IMG/VR virus record: IMGVR_UViG_3300042468_001294
Location: 1 to 52,079 of that record
Source: a virus
Lineage: Duplodnaviria; Caudoviricetes
Reading direction: 5' to 3' (one strand)
DNA length: 52,079 nucleotides
Positions 33,900 to 43,924 of this stretch are shown one piece after another; the first letter of the stretch is position 1, and the number at the start of each line of letters is the position of its first letter. The position numbers were made by a program, and so were the translations under genes. The notes beneath the pieces were generated by a model. The model saw only the letters and a list, made by a program, of their open reading frames with translations, had not been told where the DNA came from and did not search any database.

Positions 33900-35809
33900 A
33901 CACCCACCAACATATCCAGGCCATCATTGTTGACCCGGACTTGGATAGTCTTCAAAATTTCCCACATGAACGCTTCCAAGTGCGGTTGAAGACCAGCACC
34001 GTCGATCTTAACAAGTGCTTGACCCGAGGTCATTGCGTAGGTCTTGGCGCGCAGATTCTCGATTGTAGCCTGGGTGAGGTCTTCTTGCAATTCCAGTGCT
34101 CGATCCCGGTATTCGTTTTCTCGTTCAAGTTGCGCCTCGATCAATTCGAGCTTCTCAAGGCCGTAGAAACCATCAACCTCACCGAGCGCACCGAGTGCGG
34201 AACCGATGACATCGCCCGTGGACTCAAAAATCGACCCGATATTCTTGGCAATCCCAATTACGATCTCGGCATCCGCTTTGATTTGCGCGATGTTCAGCGC
34301 CACACGCGCCTCGATCAACTTAATGCGCTCATTGGAAGCCAGTTGTTGTAATTGTTTCTCGTAATCAACCACGGACTTCGTGTTGTCCCTGATCTTTTCG
34401 CTTTTTTTCTCCAGACCCTTGCTGTTGGCTTTATTGGCTTCATCGAGGTCCACGAAGCCTTTTTGCAGCAAATTTATTGCTTTGAGCGAACCGTCCGAGG
34501 CCATCCCCAGGGCGGTGAAAGCCGACATACCTTGATCGATTGAGATTTTTCCTGTATTAATGGCGTCTTTAACTGCTACCGCGAATTTCCCGATGCCATC
34601 TGGGCTATCGATAACTTTACTGAGATTGGTATTGAAAACGTTAAGGAATTGCTCGCCATTGGTTTGTGGGTTATTAGCGATTTCACCCAATGCGTCTCCA
34701 AGCTTGTAAACATCATCAAGACGCTCTTTTGAGCCCAACGTTTGGAACGCTTTATTGGCTGACGAAACAGCCTCGCCCATCAATTTAGCATTCTGAGTGA
34801 CGTTGTAAAAACTGGTATCCAGTGATGCCAGGATCTCGTTGTCAAGTCGACGAAGATCGGAGATAGCGTTCGGATCAACGCTGATCGGAATATTTAATTC
34901 ATTTCCCTTGAAAGCATTGTTGAAAATCCCTTTAATAAGAGCAGCAACGCTAGCAACCGGTACGTTTTTTTCTGCTAATCTGGCAATCGCTGCTTCAAAA
35001 CCAATATTTATGGCTCCGAAAACATCGGACCAATTTCCGTTTTGGATGTCTTCGCGAAATTCTCGGAAAGCGCGTGGAAGTTTATCAACCGCATCCGCAA
35101 ATCGAAAAATTTCGTCGGATGCTTGGTCAACAATAAACTTAATCGCATCGTTGACACCTGCTTCACCGATCTCAGTGGCAGCCAAAGCAACTGCCGTATT
35201 CAGTCGACCAAAAGTGGCCCGCAAAGTCTCGACTTTCTCAGTACCATCACCGTAACGCCTTTCCAGGATATCGGCAACGTTTACGAGAACATCGGAACTG
35301 ATCTTGCCCGCTTCAACAAGTTCGAAAAACTTGTCGACTGTGACACCTGCTGCTTCAGCAAACAGCGGCACAGCGCCTGGGATCGCATCACCCAACTGGC
35401 CACGGACTTCCTCAAGGGATACTCGGCCTTTCGATGCAATCTGCTCGATTGCCTTCAGTGCTCGTTCAGCCGAAGTACCATCTAGGCCCAATCTTGCAGC
35501 CGCTGATGCGATACCGGTGAACAATCTATCGGTGGTTGCCCCCTCGATGTTGGTGCCCTTAACAGCTTCCAACAGCTTGGCGTAGCTCTTACCGAGTGGT
35601 TCGATACTCAGGCCGAGGGTTTCGGCTGTCTTTCTAAGAAATTCGAATTTCTCGTCTGCAGCAACAGCACCGCCACCGACTAACTCCAGGGTTCTTTTCA
35701 GGGCATCAATACGAGTATTGATATCAATGAAAGACTCTGCGAAATCAGAGGCGAGCTTTGCGCTGAAAAGAATCTCTATCGTCTTAGTGAGCGCTGCGGG
35801 GAGTGCCAT
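33896..35809 (-). CDS. Tail tape measure protein
   Basis: AIEQIASKGRVSLEEVRGQLGDAIPGA tape-measure motif. Confidence 0.9.
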   Translation of the reverse strand: MALPAALTKTIEILFSAKLASDFAESFIDINTRIDALKRTLELVGGGAVAADEKFEFLRKTAETLGLSIEPLGKSYAKLLEAVKGTNIEGATTDRLFTGIASAAARLGLDGTSAERALKAIEQIASKGRVSLEEVRGQLGDAIPGAVPLFAEAAGVTVDKFFELVEAGKISSDVLVNVADILERRYGDGTEKVETLRATFGRLNTAVALAATEIGEAGVNDAIKFIVDQASDEIFRFADAVDKLPRAFREFREDIQNGNWSDVFGAINIGFEAAIARLAEKNVPVASVAALIKGIFNNAFKGNELNIPISVDPNAISDLRRLDNEILASLDTSFYNVTQNAKLMGEAVSSANKAFQTLGSKERLDDVYKLGDALGEIANNPQTNGEQFLNVFNTNLSKVIDSPDGIGKFAVAVKDAINTGKISIDQGMSAFTALGMASDGSLKAINLLQKGFVDLDEANKANSKGLEKKSEKIRDNTKSVVDYEKQLQQLASNERIKLIEARVALNIAQIKADAEIVIGIAKNIGSIFESTGDVIGSALGALGEVDGFYGLEKLELIEAQLERENEYRDRALELQEDLTQATIENLRAKTYAMTSGQALVKIDGAGLQPHLEAFMWEILKTIQVRVNNDGLDMLVGV

Positions 35810-35991
35810 TATTTTTTACCCGTGTCTGACTTCCATTGGTAATACAAGGCCCACACCGCTAATTCATCTTGAGTTAAGAATCCCTGCGGAAACAAATCCC
35901 GTCTATGTTGGTAAAGGAACCCTCCTCGCGCTTCGCATAGTTTCAGCGAAACAAGCAAACTCTTGTCTACGGCGAGGAGGGTGGCGGCTTT
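35809..35991 (-). CDS. -1 frame extension (gpT-like) of the tail assembly chaperone
   Basis: Open -1 frame from GTA-AAG to a TAA overlapping the TMP ATG; ELAVWALYY motif. Confidence 0.65.
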   Translation of the reverse strand, partial: KAATLLAVDKSLLVSLKLCEARGGFLYQHRRDLFPQGFLTQDELAVWALYYQWKSDTGKK

Positions 35992-36419
35992 ACATGAGAG
36001 CCGCCCATACCAGTCAGATGCAGAATCCGGTTCGTGATGTCGAAGAATTCAACCGGAAAAGTCTCAGCGAACTTAACCGCCATCGCGTGGTTGAATGCAG
36101 GGAACACCAATCCAGACACCAAAGTCTCAATTCTCTTGGCGATTTCGCCCGGGACGTTGTTGGACACACCCAATGTCTTGCGAATGCTCTCGACCTGATC
36201 CTTGTCGCTAGCAATCGCCTTGATGATGTTGTCGACGTTCTTTTGCTTCAAATTGGCTTCGATAGAAGCGTTCAACTCGATAGCATTCAAACCCTTGATG
36301 ATGAACTTTGGTTCAACATCTTTTTCGAAGAAGTCCACCATGCAGGGCATAGGGACTTCTTCACGACGAGCCTCGAATTGGGTGTCCGAGAATTTATTCG
36401 CTAGAAACCCGTTCATCAT
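35967..36419 (-). CDS. Tail assembly chaperone (gpG-like)
   Basis: Between the major tail and TMP genes. Confidence 0.75.
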   Translation of the reverse strand: MMNGFLANKFSDTQFEARREEVPMPCMVDFFEKDVEPKFIIKGLNAIELNASIEANLKQKNVDNIIKAIASDKDQVESIRKTLGVSNNVPGEIAKRIETLVSGLVFPAFNHAMAVKFAETFPVEFFDITNRILHLTGMGGSHVKPPPSSP

Positions 36420-37396
36420 ACGACCTCTTGAGCAGCCTTGGTAGAACTGATCGTGCAGGCGGCTTGGATGTCAGCACCAGACGGGAAGGTGCGAGCGATA
36501 CCGAGTTTGCCTTGGCACAAAATGTACGGCGATTTGTACCGGTCGGGGTAGAAGCGGAACCACAGGATCTGGTCCTTTTGCTGGATCAGCGAATCGGTGA
36601 TCCCGTCTTCCAGATAGGCCGTGAACGACCCCTGGCCCAGGGTGGACGAAGTGCTACCCAGCGTGGTGCCGTAGATTTGGGTCGAGGTCACTGAATGAGT
36701 GGTTTCCGGGGGAACGAAATCCGAGGACAACGAAACATCGGCGTAGATCGGGGCTGCGAAAGATGCGTACACCCGCTTGGCTACGACACCCGTGTGGATT
36801 TTGGGCAGATCCGACAGGAAACTCACACTGCCGGTGCGGTAGTCCAGTTCGAACAGCGGGAAATTCGCCATTTCCGTGTGCAAACCGGCGACGGCGAAAA
36901 TCTGCGCGGCGGTGACCGGAGCGGCGGTGTTGGATGTGACCCGCACTTGGGCGATCTCGATGCTGTCCACCGGGATCAGCGGGGGGCCACCGGCTGCGCC
37001 ACGCGTTTCGCTAAACGCGGTGGTGGTGCCGTCAGTCCCCGCGATCGCTGCGATAGCGCCAGCCGAAGTCACCGTGATCGAATTCACCTTGGACACAGCC
37101 GTGGCAGGCCGGGTGATGGCGACACCACCGGCAGCGACCGAAGTCACGACACCATTGAGGTTGCAAGTCAGGGCCGCGACATCAACTTCATTGTTCGCGA
37201 GGTCAACGGCTGCGATGACAGCACCGCCAGTCAGAAGACCATTCGGTCGGACAACCGGAGTGTACCCGGCTTTGCCCGACCACTGCGAAGCAGTCGAGTT
37301 GAACTTGATCGCGTTACCGCTGTCCGTCAGCAGCGTCATCGCAGAAGATTGTTGGCCACTCTCGTATTGCAGTTTTGCGTTTTCAGCGGTAGACAT
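36416..37396 (-). CDS. Major tail protein
   Basis: GGAGG SD, strong codon bias, synteny. Confidence 0.75.
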   Translation of the reverse strand: MSTAENAKLQYESGQQSSAMTLLTDSGNAIKFNSTASQWSGKAGYTPVVRPNGLLTGGAVIAAVDLANNEVDVAALTCNLNGVVTSVAAGGVAITRPATAVSKVNSITVTSAGAIAAIAGTDGTTTAFSETRGAAGGPPLIPVDSIEIAQVRVTSNTAAPVTAAQIFAVAGLHTEMANFPLFELDYRTGSVSFLSDLPKIHTGVVAKRVYASFAAPIYADVSLSSDFVPPETTHSVTSTQIYGTTLGSTSSTLGQGSFTAYLEDGITDSLIQQKDQILWFRFYPDRYKSPYILCQGKLGIARTFPSGADIQAACTISSTKAAQEVV

Positions 37397-37411
37397 TTCG
37401 GTAACCTCCGG

Positions 37412-37897
37412 TTAAATGATCGTCATCGGGTTGTTTGCCGCCACCCGATAATTGAAAGCACAATTCAGAATTACTCCACACCAAGGCGTCTGTCCCTCCC
37501 CGATTTGGGGAGTAATGGTCACGAACTCGATGCTTTTGATCAAACCACCCAATGTCGGATCAGGATCATCAGAAACTTTTGGATCAGCCACTGACCTGAG
37601 CAAGGTGGTCATGACAGCGCTTGAAAGCTCAAACGCTACGTCAGTGAACACCTTGTCTCGCGTCCTGTCGTAGCATTCTATCACAACAGACAGGGTACGG
37701 TCAACCCAATTATATTTCTTTTCAATTTGCTGATCACCTTCCGGCCAATAGTTGATAGCCGGAAGATCATCATCGATGAACGGTTTGAGTGTGGCGCGCT
37801 TTACGCGGCTGACTGTGAACGTGTGTTCGTTTGAAGTCTTGATCAGCTTCAATCTGTCTTCGATCGCGTCGATGATCTGCAGTTGCGGGACGGTCAT
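37412..37897 (-). CDS. Tail terminator/completion protein
   Basis: Synteny; LPAI and DPTLGGL motifs. Confidence 0.7.
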   Translation of the reverse strand: MTVPQLQIIDAIEDRLKLIKTSNEHTFTVSRVKRATLKPFIDDDLPAINYWPEGDQQIEKKYNWVDRTLSVVIECYDRTRDKVFTDVAFELSSAVMTTLLRSVADPKVSDDPDPTLGGLIKSIEFVTITPQIGEGQTPWCGVILNCAFNYRVAANNPMTII

Positions 37898-38475
37898 CTG
37901 GTATTCGCCAAATAAATCTCTTCAAGCCTGGAGAGCAATTGGGGGAAATAGTCAATGGCCGTTTCGCGCATCCGAAGTCTTGCAGGGACTTTGACCTTTT
38001 TAGCAAGGTGCATCATCTTGACATCATCGAGGTAGATACCAAATCCCCGACTACCGTTCTGCACCCGTGCTTTCATCGAGAACAACTCTCGCGCACTCCT
38101 AATCGCCCGACCACGACTGTAATTGATGGTAGTCGGGAAACTCATGTACGGACCGCCACGGAGCCAAAGATACTTGTTCTTTGCTCGGATTGTTGCGCCC
38201 TCTTCTTGGACCTTAGCATACCGGTTGTTGGTCGAAATACTTGCTCGGAGAGTACTCAAATCAGTTCCGGAAACCTTCCAACCAATGCTGTCGTACAATT
38301 CACCTGTTCGTCTCTGGACACCCTTACCACTCGCCCTGGCTCGGACGGCGGGGTAAGCTTTGCCCCCAACTATGTCGACAAAAGCCTTTCGCGCATCCGC
38401 GAACGCCTCGTCAGGGAGTTGGTCAAGGAACTCCTTGAACACCCCGTACGACAGTAATCTGACCTGGATAGCCAT
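37894..38475 (-). CDS. HK97 gp10-like neck protein
   Basis: RTGELYDSI, YAKVQEEG..I, VPAR. Confidence 0.7.
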   Translation of the reverse strand: MAIQVRLLSYGVFKEFLDQLPDEAFADARKAFVDIVGGKAYPAVRARASGKGVQRRTGELYDSIGWKVSGTDLSTLRASISTNNRYAKVQEEGATIRAKNKYLWLRGGPYMSFPTTINYSRGRAIRSARELFSMKARVQNGSRGFGIYLDDVKMMHLAKKVKVPARLRMRETAIDYFPQLLSRLEEIYLANTR

Positions 38476-38476
38476 T

Positions 38477-39007
38477 TCAGATATACTTCATCGGATGCAC
38501 AAAGGGGTCAAGAAGTCTCCTAACTTCTTTCAAAAGACCGAATTCGGGCCAAAGGACGGATCCCCCGTCATTCGTGACGTTTTGGGCCCCGAGTTGGTCT
38601 TTGCGCTGCCATTCGTGCAGGGTTTGCATCAAGGCAGCACGTTTGATCGCAGCAGGTGCATCTTCAAATCCACCGGAGTAAGTGATGCTCACAAAAGAGT
38701 TCACTTCTCGCGGCAACTGAACATGGCCCACCATCCTTGTGCAGGTGGTGGCCATATCAGTCGTCGGATCGTTGTCCGCAATCACTGCGGTCACCGCAGT
38801 GATCGGGTAAGCTTGGACGGGCACCAGCCGGTTCCGGACATCAACACGTTCGGTATACGTGTCGAACTCCAGAACCCTACCGGTGTACGACTCAATCGCC
38901 ACGTAGACCGATGAAATTAGCAACTTCAACGAGGGGTACTCGTCGATGGACTCTTTTTGAAGATCGAGCATTGCTGCCAGATCTTCAAAAGTCACTAACT
39001 TCAACAT
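38477..39007 (-). CDS. Head-tail connector
   Basis: LVTFEDL, IESYTGR, ITYSGG..AP.AIKRA. Confidence 0.8.
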   Translation of the reverse strand: MLKLVTFEDLAAMLDLQKESIDEYPSLKLLISSVYVAIESYTGRVLEFDTYTERVDVRNRLVPVQAYPITAVTAVIADNDPTTDMATTCTRMVGHVQLPREVNSFVSITYSGGFEDAPAAIKRAALMQTLHEWQRKDQLGAQNVTNDGGSVLWPEFGLLKEVRRLLDPFVHPMKYI

Positions 39008-39016
39008 GGTGGTCTA

Positions 39017-39409
39017 TTAGGGGTTAGCGCTCACGCTGTTCAGCGGACCGTGGGCAGTGGTGACACTGAACACGACAGCAGCGACCGCGACGGTGGTGGC
39101 CACACGGTAGAACCGTCGACGCGGGTTGACCACGTTCAACTGGGCGTGGCCAGCAGCAGTGAGGGTCGTGATCGCGGTGTCGTTACCAGCACCGGCCACC
39201 TCGTCGGTCCAGTCGGTCGAACCATCAGCCGAGTGCTGCAGCTTCGCGGCCAGTGTAGCACTGGCACCGAAAGTACCGGCACTGATCAGAAAGCTGGCCG
39301 AACGACCAGCGGACATGTCCGCATTAGCCGTGTTGTAAGCAGCAGCCGTACGGGACTGAGCAGCCAGACCTTCGACCAACGCGTAGTTGGATTTGACATC
39401 TTGACGCAT
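39017..39409 (-). CDS. Head-associated/decoration-like protein
   Basis: Follows the MCP gene; LQHSADG.TDW, RRFYRV. Confidence 0.6.
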   Translation of the reverse strand: MRQDVKSNYALVEGLAAQSRTAAAYNTANADMSAGRSASFLISAGTFGASATLAAKLQHSADGSTDWTDEVAGAGNDTAITTLTAAGHAQLNVVNPRRRFYRVATTVAVAAVVFSVTTAHGPLNSVSANP

Positions 39410-39435
39410 GATGTAGTACCTTTCTTTGAATGATG

Positions 39436-39465
39436 AACCGGCCCGACAGCGTTGACGGGCCGGTT
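39436..39465. other. Hairpin downstream of the major capsid gene
   Basis: AACCGGCCCG-N10-CGGGCCGGTT; no U-tract. Confidence 0.55.
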
Positions 39466-39495
39466 AGATTGCTTCGACGTTGATCCCGACCCGGA

Positions 39496-40683
39496 TTAGG
39501 CCGCGATCTTCAGGGTCACGAAAGCCTCAGCCTTCGCCACCTTGCCACCAGTCCGACGCTTGATCAGGAAGCCGGTCTGATCGAACTCGGCATAGCGCTC
39601 GACGAGTCGTTGCACGGAGATCCCGGCCCGGTCACGGATGTAGTATCCGGCACGGAAGTCACCCAACACGATGGGGAACTTGTTCGCAGCGATGTCGGCC
39701 ATCCCTTCCGGGTTGATCAGCGGGCGACCCAGGAGCGTGGCAGGTGACCCGGCTTGCACCGGGGGTTGCCACAGGTACTGGCCGTCCTTGTCCTTCAGCT
39801 TGCGAACTTCACCTTCGACGGTGCTGTTCATGGCCCAGGTCGAGTTGCGGCGGTAGGTCTTCTTGAGCGAATGCAGCATTTCGATGAGGGGATCCACACC
39901 GTTGAACGTTGCGTCACTCAGGGCGGCGGCGACACCCGACTTCTTGAAGTTCGCCACCACGGCTGCCGCAGTCATCAGGCCCTGCGGTGCATTGGTACCA
40001 TCACCGGCGATGAAGGCATTGTCTTCGGCTTCAGCGATAGCGCTGCTGAAGGCCATGGACAGTTCACCCCAAACGTCGGCGGCGGCGTCATCCAGCGTGT
40101 TGTTGTGGATCAACGCCAAAGCGCGAAGGTCGTTGATCTGCAACGTTTCGCCACCAGCGCTCAGGTCCTGGGCGGCGACAGCCACATTGGTCACGCCCCA
40201 GGCCACAGTGGGCTTCTTGAGCGAGGGCATGAACACCTTGTCGCGACTCGTGGTGCCGGTGTTGGCCACCGGGCGCACCGCCGACTCGTTGAATGCATCC
40301 ATCAGGATGACATTCTGGAAGTCGACCGGCACCAAGAAGCCGCCTTCAGCATCGCTGGCGCTCGACAGGGTACGCACTTCGTCGGGGTTCATCATCGAAC
40401 GACCCGTTTCACCGACACCGTAGCGCAGGTACTTGACGAAAGCAGCGTGACGCAGTTCGGTGTCCTTGTCCTTCGCACCGGGGGTGCTGACTGCGGGGCG
40501 CTGGGAAGCCTTGACCAATTCCTCGTACTGCCCGCGCAGTTCGGTGATGGACGCGTTGGCCTTGTCGATGGCGACTTGGATCAGGGGGTCGGATTGACCC
40601 TCGATCTTGCGATCCACGTAAGACCGCATTTCGGCGGTGGCCTTGTTGATTTCGTCGAGAACGACTTGGATTTCTTTGGACAT
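39496..40683 (-). CDS. Major capsid protein, HK97 family
   Basis: GGFLVP, LRKLKDKDGQYLWQP-type segment, LLGRP, GDF, RTGG. Confidence 0.95.
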   Translation of the reverse strand: MSKEIQVVLDEINKATAEMRSYVDRKIEGQSDPLIQVAIDKANASITELRGQYEELVKASQRPAVSTPGAKDKDTELRHAAFVKYLRYGVGETGRSMMNPDEVRTLSSASDAEGGFLVPVDFQNVILMDAFNESAVRPVANTGTTSRDKVFMPSLKKPTVAWGVTNVAVAAQDLSAGGETLQINDLRALALIHNNTLDDAAADVWGELSMAFSSAIAEAEDNAFIAGDGTNAPQGLMTAAAVVANFKKSGVAAALSDATFNGVDPLIEMLHSLKKTYRRNSTWAMNSTVEGEVRKLKDKDGQYLWQPPVQAGSPATLLGRPLINPEGMADIAANKFPIVLGDFRAGYYIRDRAGISVQRLVERYAEFDQTGFLIKRRTGGKVAKAEAFVTLKIAA

Positions 40684-40700
40684 GGAAAATGCTCCTTGAT

Positions 40701-41777
40701 TCAGGTGAAAGAGGCACGGAACTTGTTCAGTTCCTGGATGATTTTGGAGTATTCAGGCTCATCCTGGGGCAGAAGGCCGCGAATGCGGGCGACTTCTGCC
40801 GGATCGAGTTGACCCCGGCGTAGTTCGTTGCACAAAACCTCGATCTTGGAAGCTCGGTCAGCGATGATCGCCTTCCTGACTTCTTCGGGGAGGTCTGCCA
40901 GTTTCGCCGGGTCGACTTCAACGGTTTGACCGTCCAGAAGTGACCTGACTTCTTCCACGGTGAACGAAGTGTTCGCCGCGAAATTTTCCGGTGTAGAAGC
41001 GCTGTCCATGAGGTGCTTGCGCAACGCCATTTGGACGGGGGTTCCACGGATATCTCGTTGCTGCATCTGCAGCATTTCGTCGGTATAGGACGAGTACATT
41101 CCCGAGAATTGCGTCAAAGCATCGTTGATCTTCGTGCGCACTTCATCGGAATTGAGACTGCTGTACCAAATGTCGTCGAGCGTCCGGTACAAGCTGCTCA
41201 GGATCAACGAACCGCGCTGGCCCAACTCGTACTTGGCGTACGTGGCTTGGTATTCCTGATCACGCTTCTCGATCTTCATATTTCTCACTCCTGTGATGAC
41301 GGCGGAGTCATTGGCTTCGAAGATGACCGGCGATACTTCCATCAACATCACCTCAGTAATCACCCGCACACCATCGACCCACTTGTCTTTGACTGTTCTG
41401 AAACCAAAACTGAACGTGTCGATTGCACCAGCTTTGACGAGTTCAAAGACCTCGCGGGCTTTCGGTACACCCATCACCAACTGGATTCGAGCGAAAAGAC
41501 CCTTGTCATCCTCTCGGATCTCGATCGGCTTGCCGATCACTTCATCTTCGTGGTTCCAAAGTACCTTTACTCGATTCCCTCGCTCCTGGAGCGTCTTGGT
41601 AAAAGCCCCACGTTGGAACGAACTCTTGTAGGAATCAATGACCCCCCACACAGTCACGTAACCTTCGATGATACCTTCGGCACCGGTGCTTTCGGCCCTG
41701 AGTTCACCATGGTGACAACTGCGGTAGTCTTTTTGGGACATTTTGCTTTGACTGTAAGATCGAGTTGATTCTACCAC
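40701..41777 (-). CDS. HK97-family prohead protease with C-terminal helical extension
   Basis: IEGY, GAFTKT, LWNH, IGK, SFGF, EVSPV.FEAN. Confidence 0.92.
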   Translation of the reverse strand: MVESTRSYSQSKMSQKDYRSCHHGELRAESTGAEGIIEGYVTVWGVIDSYKSSFQRGAFTKTLQERGNRVKVLWNHEDEVIGKPIEIREDDKGLFARIQLVMGVPKAREVFELVKAGAIDTFSFGFRTVKDKWVDGVRVITEVMLMEVSPVIFEANDSAVITGVRNMKIEKRDQEYQATYAKYELGQRGSLILSSLYRTLDDIWYSSLNSDEVRTKINDALTQFSGMYSSYTDEMLQMQQRDIRGTPVQMALRKHLMDSASTPENFAANTSFTVEEVRSLLDGQTVEVDPAKLADLPEEVRKAIIADRASKIEVLCNELRRGQLDPAEVARIRGLLPQDEPEYSKIIQELNKFRASFT

Positions 41778-41793
41778 AATCAGTTATCATCCG

Positions 41794-43263
41794 TCAATAA
41801 TCTGCAACACCACGGAAAATCCCGGTGTCGATGATCGCTTTTCGGATTCTGTTTGCGTCAAATGCAGCTGCACGACCATAGGTCACCTGTTCTTGGATGA
41901 CTTTACAAATCGCACCCACTGCCCGACTTTCCGGGTTGGCTTCTTGAAACTGCTTAATCACGACCTCGAAATCATCCCTCTCAGCCAAAGCCTCAGCGAG
42001 TCCCCCAAATACAGCTTTCCGAACGTCATCCATGTTTTGATCAGTGGATGGATTCTTGCTTTCGCTGTCTTGAATCGACTTGAGTTGAGCCGCACCAGCC
42101 TCAGCGGGCATGATCACACGATTCACCTTATCCCAGCCTTCATATTGCTTGAGGCCAAGAGCGAGTTTCTCGTTCGTCATCGACACGGGGACACCGATCT
42201 CGTAGTAGATCTTGGCTACCTTTGCCTTGTCTTCTTCGTTGTGGCGGAGTGCCGCTACTTCGCTGGTGTCGTAGTTCAACGACATCCCGTCCGGCAAATT
42301 GAACCGGTGATTAAATGCGTCTTTCAGCATATCAAGCAGCGGGAGCACCGTAGTCTCCCAAAAGATTTTCATGCTGATCGAGTAGTTATTGTACGTGCTG
42401 GAATCCTGGATACCGATCAACTGCGGTGGGACACCAAACACACTGAGGATCTCCTCCCGGTTGTGCTTGCGTGAATTCAAAAAGTCGAGTTCGATCGCGT
42501 TTAGCGAAAGGCGCGTGTAAGTGGCATCGTCCCCGATCACCAACGGCTTGCGGGCGTTCTTTTTGCCACTGAATTTGTCGATCAAACGATCAACAATGCT
42601 TTGGGCCTGCTGACCGTCGATGGACCGCTTGAACGTGAACACGCCGTCGACGACACCCCGGTTTTGCATCGTAGAGGTGTTCCACTCCAGTTGAGCATTG
42701 TCCAGGTCAACTGACTTTGCAGCCGCCTGCAGTGGGCTGATCCCGAGGTAAGGATTGCTCGGGTCGAACAGTTTGATGTGCATCACGTTGTCCCGGTTAT
42801 AATCGGGATCAATTCGTTCCGCACCGCCATCTGCGATGATCTTGTAACCGTCAATGTATTTCGACGGATTTGCACTCGGGATCGGTGAAATACGGTCCGG
42901 GCTGATAGGCCAAAGTTCACTGATATCGCCGTTGACGTTGATCTCTTTGAGATAGGCGTTGCCCGAGAGTTGCAACCACATGACAACAAGTTCAACCAGT
43001 TGTTGTCCACTGAAATGTTCGTTCGGTCGCTTCATCAACTTCGTTATCGGGTGTTCCCAAACTGGGGTCATCTTCGCGTCCATCACGACCCACGGCACAC
43101 TACCCGCGTTCTGAGCGATCAATTTCACCGCACGATAGACCCATGGATTGACCTTGTAGCCATCCGCCACGGCGTTATCGACACGCCAATTAGTCCAATT
43201 CGGGATTTTGTTCTGAACAAAGAATGCATCACTGGATGCCATCGAACGGCGGTTGAATTCCAC
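41794..43263 (-). CDS. Portal protein, HK97 family
   Basis: NPWVYRAV, GNAY, GISPLQAA, EILSVFGVPP. Confidence 0.93.
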   Translation of the reverse strand: MEFNRRSMASSDAFFVQNKIPNWTNWRVDNAVADGYKVNPWVYRAVKLIAQNAGSVPWVVMDAKMTPVWEHPITKLMKRPNEHFSGQQLVELVVMWLQLSGNAYLKEINVNGDISELWPISPDRISPIPSANPSKYIDGYKIIADGGAERIDPDYNRDNVMHIKLFDPSNPYLGISPLQAAAKSVDLDNAQLEWNTSTMQNRGVVDGVFTFKRSIDGQQAQSIVDRLIDKFSGKKNARKPLVIGDDATYTRLSLNAIELDFLNSRKHNREEILSVFGVPPQLIGIQDSSTYNNYSISMKIFWETTVLPLLDMLKDAFNHRFNLPDGMSLNYDTSEVAALRHNEEDKAKVAKIYYEIGVPVSMTNEKLALGLKQYEGWDKVNRVIMPAEAGAAQLKSIQDSESKNPSTDQNMDDVRKAVFGGLAEALAERDDFEVVIKQFQEANPESRAVGAICKVIQEQVTYGRAAAFDANRIRKAIIDTGIFRGVADY

Positions 43264-43395
43264 GATTTTTCTTTCTATAAATTGATGTTATCGAAATACC
43301 GGACCTTGTAAATTGTTGAAATATATTTAGTGATGACAGGTCGCGCAGCAGTCAGGGTCCAAGAAAATCGATAAAAAGATTTTATCGAAAAACTT

Positions 43396-43923
43396 TTATG
43401 GCTGAACACCTGCACCTCGCCACGGATTAGGCTCAGATCCGGTACCAATTACTTCAGCAGAGTTGATCAATTGAACATCCACTGGAATAGGTGGGTTAGT
43501 TTCTAAATTAGTGCGCACTGCTACGGCTACCTGTGCGGCGGTTGGTACACTACCACTAGCCGTAACAACAGTCGAAGCTGCCGATTGGATCAAGAGAGTT
43601 TGGACTCCAGCGCTGTACGCGATGGGATCCCCTCCTGGTCCCCCGATGAGGTTGCCACCTGCGACTCGGGCAATGTAGCTACCTTGCGCGAAGCGAAGTT
43701 GCCACAACCCCAATAATTCGATGGTGAGGCCGACTTGGACCCCCGGCCCAAGTTCAGAGAGTCCCGATCCTGCTGCGATTCTATCATATAAAACCCCCTC
43801 CTCACTAGCTTGCGCTTGTTTGATTGCGGTGTACAATTGCCCACAATCAATGTCCGATGACCCAGAATCGATTTCGATGCGTGATGCACCGAAATCGAAA
43901 GTAAATGGTGCGATGTAAAACAC
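43396..43923 (-). CDS. Putative virion-associated protein
   Basis: Coupled to upstream Thr/Ala/Gly-rich genes. Confidence 0.6.
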   Translation of the reverse strand: MFYIAPFTFDFGASRIEIDSGSSDIDCGQLYTAIKQAQASEEGVLYDRIAAGSGLSELGPGVQVGLTIELLGLWQLRFAQGSYIARVAGGNLIGGPGGDPIAYSAGVQTLLIQSAASTVVTASGSVPTAAQVAVAVRTNLETNPPIPVDVQLINSAEVIGTGSEPNPWRGAGVQP

Positions 43924-43924
43924 T

